Source: a virus (taxonomy: Duplodnaviria > Heunggongvirae > Uroviricota > Caudoviricetes). Taken from it: a DNA stretch of 30,027 bases. Position 1 is the stretch's first letter; every line of letters starts with the position of its first letter. This document shows positions 1-7,923 of this stretch, piece after piece. Made by a program: the position numbers and the translations under genes. The notes under the pieces are model-generated. The model was not told the origin of the DNA and did no database searches. It worked only from the letters and a program-made list of their open reading frames with translations. The stretch lies in the IMG/VR virus record IMGVR_UViG_2609459840_000012, positions 1-30,027 of that record; one strand, given 5' to 3'.

Positions 1-552
1 TCATGGCGTTAACTCCCGTAATACAGCGTCCTCGGCAGTCCGGCGACGGTAATAAACTGCGTGAGCAGAATGTTCAGATATTCCAAACTTTTCGCCAATT
101 TCCCGGAATGACAGACGGCGTGGGTAATCGGAATCACGCAGCGCACGTATAAGACGTACATCATCATCAGATATGCGCGTGCCGGGGCGTAACTCTCCGC
201 ACTTTGTTAATCCAGCACCAATCATTCCTGCCCGACATCTGACAGAATCTTTATTACGTCCGAGATATTCTCCCATTTGCTGGCAGGTCATTGTTCTGGC
301 ATTTTTTCGAATAAACTTATCTTCATCAGGTGTAAATCTTGGGTGTTTATATTTCAGTAACTCCGGGTATGAACTGCGCAATACACCAGTCCGGTTATAT
401 ACAGCCCAGACAGTTCTTTTTATTCTGGCAGCAATATCCTTAACCGGGGTGGATGAATAAAGCGCAATCAGCAGCGCATCTTCTTCAGGTGTCCACGGAC
501 GGACATGAGCGGGGGCGCGACCTTTTCGCCCCATGGGTTGTAAAATCATCAT
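1..552 (-). CDS. Putative DNA-binding regulator of the Mu-like early operon (183 aa); possibly Mor-like
   Basis: Complete ORF (stop at 1-3), ATG at 552 directly after the upstream stop. Two N-terminal repeats of a W/F-TPE(D)ED...IA...R motif resembling GcrA/Myb-type helix-turn-helix, and a C-terminal segment (LSFREIGEKFGIS...AVYYRR) resembling sigma region 4 / Mor-C family HTH. Function inferred from motifs only. Confidence 0.5.
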   Translation of the reverse strand: MMILQPMGRKGRAPAHVRPWTPEEDALLIALYSSTPVKDIAARIKRTVWAVYNRTGVLRSSYPELLKYKHPRFTPDEDKFIRKNARTMTCQQMGEYLGRNKDSVRCRAGMIGAGLTKCGELRPGTRISDDDVRLIRALRDSDYPRRLSFREIGEKFGISEHSAHAVYYRRRTAEDAVLRELTP

Positions 553-555
553 ACA

Positions 556-1071
556 TCACCCCCTGACTCGCTTTTCAGCAGCATAAAACTCATCAGACAG
601 TATTTCGGTCATTTTCTGTTTTGCGGGTTTTACGCCGCACTGAAGGTAAATCACATCGTCAACGCAGAACCACTTCACAGGGCCAAACAGGATTGCCGAG
701 AAATCAATACCCAGCCAGAACAACAGCGCATCGGTTCTGGCATACGTGACGGGCGAATATTCACGCCACAGACTGTTCAGTTCATCAGAGGCAACACGCA
801 GGGTTTTAGGGATACGTGATGTGCGCGGTGTGCAGCTCCAGCCATTCGACGCAGTCGGTTTTCGCCATAAGTCGCGATGAAAAGGATATTTGTCCTCCGT
901 AAAACGCAGTCCCTTAAAGCAAAATCCACTGATACCGGATACAAATACCGACCGGCACGCAACATTCAGCACGGCCTCAAGGCGTTTTGCCTCATCCTTA
1001 ACTTTCTGGCAGTCCTGCTGGTATTTTTGCCACGCAGCCAGCGCGGAAGGGTTTGATGTTTTAAAGAACAT
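556..1071 (-). CDS. Hypothetical Mu-like early-region protein (171 aa)
   Basis: ORF in tight operon arrangement; its ATG overlaps the stop of the upstream gene (TAATG). No recognisable motif. Confidence 0.5.
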   Translation of the reverse strand: MFFKTSNPSALAAWQKYQQDCQKVKDEAKRLEAVLNVACRSVFVSGISGFCFKGLRFTEDKYPFHRDLWRKPTASNGWSCTPRTSRIPKTLRVASDELNSLWREYSPVTYARTDALLFWLGIDFSAILFGPVKWFCVDDVIYLQCGVKPAKQKMTEILSDEFYAAEKRVRG

Positions 1072-1604
1072 TACGCCACCTCCGCAGATATCCCGGCAGG
1101 CGCTGCTGTCCGGTCAACAATCAGGTAGCGCAGAACATGTTCAGTGATATTCCAGCCGCTTAAACCGCAGATAATGACGCCCAGGCGTATGTCGATATAC
1201 GCCATCACAAACTGGGGCACGCCTTCTTTCATGGCCTGCTCATCAACTTCAGCCACCACATAAACGGTTTCACAGGTCAGAACGCCCTGAGCAAATTCCC
1301 ACGCCATCGACGGAATATCATGCCCCTCAATCCATGGCAGGGATTTTCTGAAGCTGCACCACTGAACATCATCAGCCGCAGATTCCTGGCTGCATTTGCG
1401 ACGAACCGGCTGCACCGGGCGGGGGCGCGGAATATCATAAAAACCGTTACATTCCGTCAGCACGCCTGCATCAACCGCATCACGCAGAAAATAAACCATG
1501 GAGGATGGCGGCATATTCATTTTTTCAGCCAGTACACCGCAGGTCAGGCGGCCATAAATACGCAGCCAGTTTTTAACCCCTTCAAGCACTTTTGCATCAA
1601 TCAT
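1071..1604 (-). CDS. Hypothetical Mu-like early-region protein (177 aa)
   Basis: ORF with GGGGA Shine-Dalgarno 8 nt upstream of ATG at 1604; follows gam in the same operon. Confidence 0.5.
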   Translation of the reverse strand: MIDAKVLEGVKNWLRIYGRLTCGVLAEKMNMPPSSMVYFLRDAVDAGVLTECNGFYDIPRPRPVQPVRRKCSQESAADDVQWCSFRKSLPWIEGHDIPSMAWEFAQGVLTCETVYVVAEVDEQAMKEGVPQFVMAYIDIRLGVIICGLSGWNITEHVLRYLIVDRTAAPAGISAEVA

Positions 1605-1749
1605 GATTTATTTCCCCACCACATTATTAATGACGATATAAACGTATTTCATATTTCTTAACCCTTATTTTCTGTTTTCAGGCGCAAGCAGTCCCCTGAC
1701 GCGAGCGCCATAATTAAAATGAAGTGATATTTAATTGATTAATGCGGTG

Positions 1750-2280
1750 TTATTTATTCAGTCCGGCGTCCTGTTCAAAAGGCTCGACATAAAAACTTTC
1801 AGCGCCTTTATTCACCTTGATACCGGCAATGCCTTTCACAGCATCCGGCTCCGCCAGGACGGCTTCCTTGTTCACTTCCTCTTTCGTGCGGATGAAACGC
1901 TCAAGCCCCATACGGCGCAGCATTTCAATCACACCTTCCACATCACGGCTGACGCTGCATGATGGCGTTCCCAGCCGCCATGACACCGTTCCGGTGGTCA
2001 GATTGGCTGTTTTGGTTTTGCCGCCGTTCGTCAGCTCATCACGGTTGGTTTTGCACCAGTCCTGAATCCCTTTAAAAAGCACTTTGATTTGCTTTTTAAG
2101 ATTTTCAATCTGCGGCGTATAACGGGCGGTGATTTCTGCCACTTCGTCATTCATCGCCGTTTCCAGGCGCAGCGCCTCTCGCTGAATATCTCCCAGGGTG
2201 CGGATATCACGGCTGACTTCTTCCCGGGTCTGCGGTGCCGCCTCGGCTGCGGCCTTTAATTTTGTAACGCGTTTAGCCAT
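1750..2280 (-). CDS. gam: Gam-like host-nuclease inhibitor (Mu Gam family, 176 aa)
   Basis: Translation carries the motif NRDELTNGGKTKTANLTTGTVSWR and overall collinearity with Mu Gam as I recall it; AAGGA Shine-Dalgarno upstream of ATG at 2280. Confidence 0.85.
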   Translation of the reverse strand: MAKRVTKLKAAAEAAPQTREEVSRDIRTLGDIQREALRLETAMNDEVAEITARYTPQIENLKKQIKVLFKGIQDWCKTNRDELTNGGKTKTANLTTGTVSWRLGTPSCSVSRDVEGVIEMLRRMGLERFIRTKEEVNKEAVLAEPDAVKGIAGIKVNKGAESFYVEPFEQDAGLNK

Positions 2281-2291
2281 TTTGTTTTTCC

Positions 2292-2585
2292 TTATTGCAG
2301 TGTGCCTGATGCTTTATGCACGCGGTGGCGTTTAATGATGGCATCCGCTCCAAAAGACTGTGCAGATGCCTGAAATTCCGCTGAGAGAAACTGAATAATT
2401 GCAGGACTGTGATACTGGAGAATACTTGCATAAACGTCACAGAGTGACGTCGGCCTGTTATCCGTATCACGTTCTGTTTTCACATCCACTCCAATCTTTT
2501 CATGCACTTCAACACAGTCATTGCCTGCCAACTTTTCGTCATGCGAAACATGATTAAATTCAAAAATAACGCGTACTTTGCTCAT
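2292..2585 (-). CDS. Small early protein (97 aa), paralog-like N-terminus MSKVRVIFEF
   Basis: ATG at 2585 with CAGGGG Shine-Dalgarno; N-terminal 11 residues nearly identical to the adjacent upstream gene. The track's longer ORF start at 2612 is rejected for lack of a ribosome-binding site. Confidence 0.5.
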   Translation of the reverse strand: MSKVRVIFEFNHVSHDEKLAGNDCVEVHEKIGVDVKTERDTDNRPTSLCDVYASILQYHSPAIIQFLSAEFQASAQSFGADAIIKRHRVHKASGTLQ

Positions 2586-2589
2586 GGAA

Positions 2590-2862
2590 TTACCCCTGTT
2601 GATTAAATTCATTACCGTTAATAACCCCGGAAGCCATGCCTCTGTCTTTCATGAATGCACTGGCTTTCATTGCCACAAACTCTGCGAAGTTTCTGCTTTC
2701 TGCCAGCATAACCACCCCAAAAATCATGGCGGGTCCATTATCTTTCTTCTTTATTCCGGTTGAACGTATATCCAGACTTACCCCTCTGCGCGTGCTGCCA
2801 TCAGAGTTTTTATAGATAACATCTTCCTTATATTCGAAAATAATGCGTACGACTTTACTCAT
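2590..2862 (-). CDS. Small early protein (90 aa), N-terminus MSKVVRIIFEY
   Basis: ATG at 2862 preceded by GAGG; shares its N-terminal motif with the 2292-2585 gene. Confidence 0.5.
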   Translation of the reverse strand: MSKVVRIIFEYKEDVIYKNSDGSTRRGVSLDIRSTGIKKKDNGPAMIFGVVMLAESRNFAEFVAMKASAFMKDRGMASGVINGNEFNQQG

Positions 2863-3140
2863 CCTCTGGTCCTCGTTCTGTTTGGATAACTGACCCGGCG
2901 TCTAACCTCACGGCAGAACCGAATCATGGCATTAAAGGCTTCTTCCTCCGTCACCGCTTCCGGTATCCCCGGAACCAGTAACTGCTCCTGTTCATCACGT
3001 CCATGACGCGCCATAACCTCAATCACATGCCGTACCGTGGCAGGCTTTCCGGCAACTATCGGCAATGCACCTTCCGGCAGGACGTAACCAAACTCAATAA
3101 GACCACTCGACCACGCCCATGCAATGAGATTTTTTTTCAC
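2859..3140 (-). CDS. Small early protein (93 aa)
   Basis: GTG start at 3140 with strong GGGAGGTG Shine-Dalgarno; start overlaps the upstream stop (TGAGGTG). Confidence 0.45.
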   Translation of the reverse strand: MKKNLIAWAWSSGLIEFGYVLPEGALPIVAGKPATVRHVIEVMARHGRDEQEQLLVPGIPEAVTEEEAFNAMIRFCREVRRRVSYPNRTRTRG

Positions 3141-3141
3141 C

Positions 3142-3396
3142 TCACACCTCCCAGTAAACCGTGCAGCCGCTGATGCGGGTGGCCTTCACACGGCGGCGCA
3201 GGCCGTTGGTCTGTATGGTGATTTCAATTTCACCGGTTCCCTGCACGTTGCCTACCGGCGGCGTGGTTTTCAGTGCAAAACGTTGTGGGTAGCGCTTACT
3301 GCGTTCCAGTACCGCACCGGCAAGTTCGGTCAGACGGCGCGCGCTGTTCAGGGAGTCGAATAAATTCATTTTGTTACCGCAGGATTGCATATTCAT
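3142..3396 (-). CDS. Small early protein (84 aa)
   Basis: ORF 3142-3408; the second ATG (3396) is preferred because GAGGTG lies 5 nt upstream, while the first ATG has no ribosome-binding site. Confidence 0.4.
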   Translation of the reverse strand: MNMQSCGNKMNLFDSLNSARRLTELAGAVLERSKRYPQRFALKTTPPVGNVQGTGEIEITIQTNGLRRRVKATRISGCTVYWEV

Positions 3397-3408
3397 ATAA
3401 CACCTCAT

Positions 3409-3630
3409 TTAGCTGATTCGTTTTGCACCGATAAAACGACAAATATTGCTGTAAGCTTCTGTCGCACCTTCACGATCAAGTCCGGCAGATATCACCATTC
3501 TGGTGCGGTCATTAAATTCAAAAAGTAAATCGCCACATTCTTTATTTTCGGCCAATGAAATCACCTTCACGTTATCGAAATTCACCAGGTGAAAGCGTCC
3601 GTAAATATCAGGAATATTAAATGCAATCAT
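3409..3630 (-). CDS. Small early protein (73 aa) in the position of Mu kil
   Basis: ATG at 3630 with AGGTG Shine-Dalgarno, immediately after the B stop; size and position match Mu kil, but no sequence similarity is claimed. Confidence 0.45.
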   Translation of the reverse strand: MIAFNIPDIYGRFHLVNFDNVKVISLAENKECGDLLFEFNDRTRMVISAGLDREGATEAYSNICRFIGAKRIS

Positions 3631-3632
3631 AA

Positions 3633-4565
3633 TCACACCTGTGAGAGTAATTCAGGGTTGGTATAAACCTCTTTAAAGGCCGCATTAATATGTTTTTCTG
3701 TCAGCGCCGCGCCTTCACCGCTGGCGGTGAGCCACGCCTGGTTAAGCGTATGTGTCAGAACGCGTAACGCTCCCGGCTTTTCAGCGATAGCCTGCATGAC
3801 GGCCAGCTCGGCCTCACCACTGATCCCCCACGCCATGGCAATGGCCAGCACATCCGCCTTTTTGGCCTTGCGAAGTTGTTTTGTACGGGCAAGACGGCTG
3901 AACAGGCGCGATAAATCATCAAAGGCGCGGCGTCCACCCTTAAACAATCCGCGCGGGTTACCAATAAGCACCATCCCGATCCCCGTGGCGTCCTGAATTG
4001 CCCGGAGTTGCTCCAGACCGTCAATACCAAGATGATCCGCCTCATCCACAATCACCAGTCCACGCGTTCCCATCAGGCGACGGCGGATGGCGCGGGATAA
4101 TGCCCCTTTGTTCGCGCGGGTGTAATCAATCCCCAGCGCATCGGCCAGCTCCAGCAGACACTCCGTGACGCTGGAGTGCGCGGGTGACAGGGTGATCATC
4201 CAGGTGTTTGGTTGCTCCTGGCAGTAATTACGGGCGGTGGCCGTTTTACCCACCCCGGGCACGCCCACTATGACGTTAATACAGCCCATCAGGCGGACCG
4301 CCTGAAACAGCGCGCGCAGCTCCTGGACTGTCTGCGTTTCCACAAACTGCGGCGGCTCGGGCAGTGCGCTTTGTTTATTCCAGTTCTCATACCAGGAACG
4401 CAGGGAAGCAGCCACAGCAGCGTTATCGCCTTTATATTTTCCCTTACGGAAAGCCGATAATGTGCCGTCGGAAATTCCCGCCTCTCTGGCGATGGCATAC
4501 TGCGTCAGTACGCCGCCATCAATAAGTTCATCAATGGTCTTGATTACATCGTTAATATCAGTCAT
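3633..4565 (-). CDS. Mu B-like transposition ATPase / target DNA activator (310 aa)
   Basis: Walker A GVPGVGKT, Walker B VIVDEADHL, N-terminal HTH, and overall collinearity with Mu B (PEPPxFVETQTV, KKADV..IA.AW, KPGALR). Confidence 0.9.
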   Translation of the reverse strand: MTDINDVIKTIDELIDGGVLTQYAIAREAGISDGTLSAFRKGKYKGDNAAVAASLRSWYENWNKQSALPEPPQFVETQTVQELRALFQAVRLMGCINVIVGVPGVGKTATARNYCQEQPNTWMITLSPAHSSVTECLLELADALGIDYTRANKGALSRAIRRRLMGTRGLVIVDEADHLGIDGLEQLRAIQDATGIGMVLIGNPRGLFKGGRRAFDDLSRLFSRLARTKQLRKAKKADVLAIAMAWGISGEAELAVMQAIAEKPGALRVLTHTLNQAWLTASGEGAALTEKHINAAFKEVYTNPELLSQV

Positions 4566-4636
4566 ATTATTAACCTCTCATTTGATACCTTGTTTAATCA
4601 AATAACCTGAGTCGCCGCTCGGGTTATTTTTTTATT

Positions 4637-6724
4637 TCAGGCCAGCGGGTCATTTTCTTTTAATTTCGCTTCCAGCAACTGCAATCCCCGCTGGAAATTA
4701 CGCTCGTATTCTTCATCAGGTTCATCGTCAGCGACCGGTTGCTGAACGGTCACCGTATTACCCACAGGGCGGTATATGTTTTCCAGCCAGGGCTCCTGCG
4801 GCTTGTGCTCCAGCACGTTGACAACCTCATCCTCGGCATCACGGATTTTTTCCTCTGCGCGTTTACGCATGCCTTTAAGGCGCTGCTGCTGTTTGTAGTA
4901 TTCCGCGCTGACAGGGAAGGCTTCGCGTTTATTGCCGTCCCATACCGCCTCGCAAATCACGCTGCCATCCGGGCGGCGCACGGTAATTCGTTCGGCATCA
5001 TGAATGTCATAGCTGATAAGTACCTTACGGCCATGCTCGTCACGCAGCTCGGGCGCGTAGTAAATATTATTCAGCCAGCGTATTTCACAGCGTCTTACAG
5101 GGCGCTCCACCATCGGCCGGAACATATCCCGCAGTTCAACATCGGACAGCCATTCAATTTCCGTGTCCTCTTCCGCCAGGCGTTTTTTTCTGAACTCCGC
5201 CGGGCTGTAATGTTTACCGTTCGGCTTCATGGGTAATTCATCGTGCGGCCGGTTGTTGTACCACTCAACACCGTCACGAATGGCATCAATCAGTTCAGAC
5301 CAGGACGGTAAATCACGCATCGCTGACTGCTGCCGGGCGTTCAGCCGTTTGCCCTGTTGCAGGGCACTGAATGCCGAGCGTAAATCGCGGTTGGTTTTAC
5401 GTAACGTCTCGCGATCTGCTCCTTTCCCGAAATAGGTGCGGTATTTACGGGCTATGCGCATCGGTAATGTGCGGTTAAGCCGTTCGATAATGCCCCGTCC
5501 CTGCGGATTACCGGCAATCCCTGTCGGGTGATTAATCCCCAGTCGTGGCAGTATCCCCACAATCTCCTTATCCAGGACGTCGGCGGTTTCCCCGGAGCCA
5601 TTATCCGAGTAATACAGAAACGGTTTGCCATGATGGCGAATACCGTGCTGTATGGCACCGGCTACGGCGAAAACATTTTCAGCCAGGTCAAGGCTCCAGC
5701 CCACCACAAAGCGCGTGCCACCGTCGATAACAAAGGTCACTTCCGGTGCGAATGGCCGCCCGTGAACCGGGTGCGCGCATTTCAGCTTCATGCCGTGACC
5801 GTCACCAATCCAGACATAATTCACCGGCATTTTTGACCAGTCGCGGCGCGTGAATCCCTCAAGCTGGCGGTATTCACTGCCGGTAACCCGTCCTTTTTGT
5901 TTCACCACTTCCGGCAGTTTCTTCATTGCGCGGCGAATGGTGTCATAAGACGGCATGATATCGAGCATATAAGGCTCATCAGCGTGCCGGTGCTGCCATT
6001 CGGCAACAAAATCCTCGTAAGCCTCGGTCATTGGTCGGCCGTTTGACTGGCGATACTGCGCCAGAAATTCGGGCAACCAGTTAATATCTTCGGCTTTTAT
6101 TTCCTGGCGTTTACCTGGTGCCAGCAAAAGCAGGCGTTCAGCAGCGTTCTGTGCCTTATTAAAGGCCGCAATCCAGCGTTTCAGCGTGATTTCACTCAAC
6201 ACGCGACTGTTTCCCTTTCTGGCGTTCGCTATCTCAACCATTGCCACAATGCGCTCATCCAGTTGCGAGTGTGACAGGCGGTCAACGATGAACCGGATAG
6301 CTTTAGCGCAGCTGAAACCGGGTTGTTGCGTGAATTTCAGCACCTCACTGACGATCGCAATGCGTGCGTCTGCCACCTGGCGCTGGTTTTCAGTCAGGGC
6401 ATTGAGGCGTTCGACCATCAGTTGTGGTGATCCGCGATATGCCTCCACCGCATCAACCACGGCAGACGAGCGTCTGGCCTTTGTCACCACCGGAGCCGGT
6501 GATTCATCGGCTTTTTGCGTCATCAGTTGCAGGGCATAACGTTCGCGTAATGCCTGCTGTGTCACTTCAGGTAAACAGTCAATGCTGTATTCAAAACCTT
6601 TAGCGCCTTTCTTGCGGCGTCTGCTGGTTTCGCTGGTTGCATACTTCCTGATTGAATAGCGAACGCCTTGCTCCGTTCCCGGCATCCCCGGTAATCCAAC
6701 CAGTTCTTTGACTGAAGCAAACAT
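4637..6724 (-). CDS. Mu A-like DDE transposase (695 aa)
   Basis: Size, position between ner and B, N-terminal DNA-binding region, a central region with acidic residues consistent with a DDE catalytic core, and an acidic C-terminus; gene order ner-A-B is Mu-typical. Confidence 0.9.
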   Translation of the reverse strand: MFASVKELVGLPGMPGTEQGVRYSIRKYATSETSRRRKKGAKGFEYSIDCLPEVTQQALRERYALQLMTQKADESPAPVVTKARRSSAVVDAVEAYRGSPQLMVERLNALTENQRQVADARIAIVSEVLKFTQQPGFSCAKAIRFIVDRLSHSQLDERIVAMVEIANARKGNSRVLSEITLKRWIAAFNKAQNAAERLLLLAPGKRQEIKAEDINWLPEFLAQYRQSNGRPMTEAYEDFVAEWQHRHADEPYMLDIMPSYDTIRRAMKKLPEVVKQKGRVTGSEYRQLEGFTRRDWSKMPVNYVWIGDGHGMKLKCAHPVHGRPFAPEVTFVIDGGTRFVVGWSLDLAENVFAVAGAIQHGIRHHGKPFLYYSDNGSGETADVLDKEIVGILPRLGINHPTGIAGNPQGRGIIERLNRTLPMRIARKYRTYFGKGADRETLRKTNRDLRSAFSALQQGKRLNARQQSAMRDLPSWSELIDAIRDGVEWYNNRPHDELPMKPNGKHYSPAEFRKKRLAEEDTEIEWLSDVELRDMFRPMVERPVRRCEIRWLNNIYYAPELRDEHGRKVLISYDIHDAERITVRRPDGSVICEAVWDGNKREAFPVSAEYYKQQQRLKGMRKRAEEKIRDAEDEVVNVLEHKPQEPWLENIYRPVGNTVTVQQPVADDEPDEEYERNFQRGLQLLEAKLKENDPLA

Positions 6725-6726
6725 AA

Positions 6727-6957
6727 TTACGCGACCTTACGAATGTAGCGGCTGGGCCAAATCTCCTCGGGCGGCACCCCCAGGCATTCCGCGATAATCC
6801 CCTCATACTTGGGAACATGGCGGTATACCGCGTTGTACAGATTGTTCTGACCCACGCCAGCTTTACGGGCCAGCGCCCTCATGCTTCCTTCTCTGGCTCT
6901 GACTTCCCCCAAAATTCTTTGAGGATGCCAATCAGGCTTAACTTCATTTCTCGCCAT
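6727..6957 (-). CDS. ner: Ner-like DNA-binding regulator (76 aa)
   Basis: Translation MARNEVKPDWH...EIWPSRY matches the Mu Ner / Nlp family signature (DWH near the N-terminus, IWPSRY near the C-terminus). Stop lies 2 nt from the A start. Confidence 0.85.
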   Translation of the reverse strand: MARNEVKPDWHPQRILGEVRAREGSMRALARKAGVGQNNLYNAVYRHVPKYEGIIAECLGVPPEEIWPSRYIRKVA

Positions 6958-7141
6958 GATTCATCTATCCTAAAAAGTTACGAAATTTGATAACTAAACT
7001 TAGTTATCAAGTTTGATATAAGTATTGATCCACTTCTGCTTCATGTAAAGCAAAAAAACATCTTTCTTTTGTCTATTGTGGATCAATGGTTGCTGACAAC
7101 ACTAAAAGTTAATAATTTCAAATTGATAGGAAGAAAAGAAA
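6958..7141. promoter_or_regulatory. Divergent c / ner control region with operator-like inverted repeats
   Basis: 24-bp near-perfect palindrome TTGATAACTAA-AC-TTAGTTATCAA at 6987-7010; 10-bp inverted repeat ATTGATCCAC (7024-7033) / GTGGATCAAT (7078-7087); recurring TTGATA motifs. Candidate c promoter TTGCTG-17-TAATTT at 7090-7118. Confidence 0.5.
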
Positions 7142-7687
7142 ATGAACAAGCAAACAACAACATCTCTTTCTTTTCCTGGTGGTAGAAAAGAAAGCATTGC
7201 TGAGCGTCTGAAAAGGCTGATTGGCTCCCGCAGCGTCAGAGCTGCAGCAAGAGATTGGGGGCTTTCATTTTCAACACTAAACAATTATCTGTCTCGTGGC
7301 ACTGAGCCATCCTTAAGTGTCGCCCTTCAGATTGCGTCTATCGAAGGAGTAAGTGTTGAGTGGCTATGTGGATTCAGTGATGCATCACAAGTGAATCGGT
7401 GTGAGATCAAGGAAAATCAAGATGAAAGCAAGAAGATAATTATGACGATTATCAGCGCACTTGATGAAAAAGACTTAGAGCAGCTATCGAAAAATTTGGT
7501 TCTGAATGGAGCCAAGTACTTAGCTCGGTTGTTAGAGCCTGAAAATCAAGATCTAATCCGCTTAGAAGGAAGGAAAAGAATAGCTGCATTACAGCTTGAA
7601 GGTATGTCTGACGAACGCGTCAGAGAGATTTTGGAAGAAACTGAGAGAAGTCGCAAATCTAACGCGGTAGAACCAAAAGCGGGTTAA
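7142..7687 (+). CDS. Transposable-phage repressor c-like protein (181 aa)
   Basis: N-terminal CI-type HTH (SIAERLKRL...AAARDWGLSFSTLNNYL); C-terminal segment (LEGMSDERVREIL) resembles the Mu c C-terminal region; divergent from ner as in Mu; AGGAAG Shine-Dalgarno. Confidence 0.8.
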   Translation: MNKQTTTSLSFPGGRKESIAERLKRLIGSRSVRAAARDWGLSFSTLNNYLSRGTEPSLSVALQIASIEGVSVEWLCGFSDASQVNRCEIKENQDESKKIIMTIISALDEKDLEQLSKNLVLNGAKYLARLLEPENQDLIRLEGRKRIAALQLEGMSDERVREILEETERSRKSNAVEPKAG

Positions 7688-7761
7688 TAGCATTAGCCCG
7701 CATTTTGCACTATATCGAGTATTTCGCATTGTTTGGAACGCCTTAAAAGACTAAAACCACA

Positions 7762-7773
7762 GTATCAAATGAG
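7762..7773 (+). repeat. Mu A-type end-binding-site-like repeat (L3 position)
   Basis: GTATCAAATGAG; the reverse complement CTCATTTGATAC resembles the Mu att consensus core TTCAYTNNAARYRCGAAA. Confidence 0.5.
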
Positions 7774-7811
7774 TTGCCGATTTTATAATAAATGACTAAT
7801 TATTGCACAAT

Positions 7812-7824
7812 CGGTATCAAATAG
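7812..7824 (+). repeat. Mu A-type end-binding-site-like repeat (L2 position)
   Basis: CGGTATCAAATAG; same core as the copies at 7762 and 7907. Confidence 0.5.
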
Positions 7825-7906
7825 ACCTTATCCGCACATCTAGCCATCACCTGTTTTATTTCAGTATCTTACAGGTGATTTCACCTCCTTTCACTAAAAC
7901 CCTTGT

Positions 7907-7923
7907 CGGTATCAAATGATTCA
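7907..7923 (+). repeat. Terminal Mu A-type binding-site-like repeat (L1 position) with candidate terminus CA at 7922-7923
   Basis: CGGTATCAAATGATTCA; read inward from the end this is 5'-TGAAT-CATTTGATACCG, compared with Mu 5'-TGTAT-TGATTCACTTGAAGTACG. Confidence 0.5.

Larger units (their letters stand above)
1..7923 (-). mobile_element. Left arm of a Mu-like transposable prophage (partial; continues beyond position 1)
   Basis: Mu gene order c / ner-A-B-small genes-gam, plus three end repeats in Mu attL-like spacing within about 160 bp of a terminal ...TTCA at 7923. Confidence 0.6.

Noticed and set aside
173-460. 95-aa plus-strand ORF inside the first minus-strand gene
   Set aside because: Antisense to a motif-bearing gene in a tightly packed minus-strand operon; no ribosome-binding site.
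2586-2612. Longer start for the 2292-2585 gene (track ORF begins at 2612)
   Set aside because: The extension lies inside the 3' end of the upstream gene and lacks a ribosome-binding site; ATG 2585 has CAGGGG at the correct spacing and gives the N-terminus shared with its paralog.
7762-7923. The GTATCAAAT repeats as IHF sites
   Set aside because: The IHF consensus WATCAANNNNTTR is not met at the TTR positions in any copy, and three same-orientation copies with Mu attL-like spacing next to a TG/CA terminus fit transposase end sites better.
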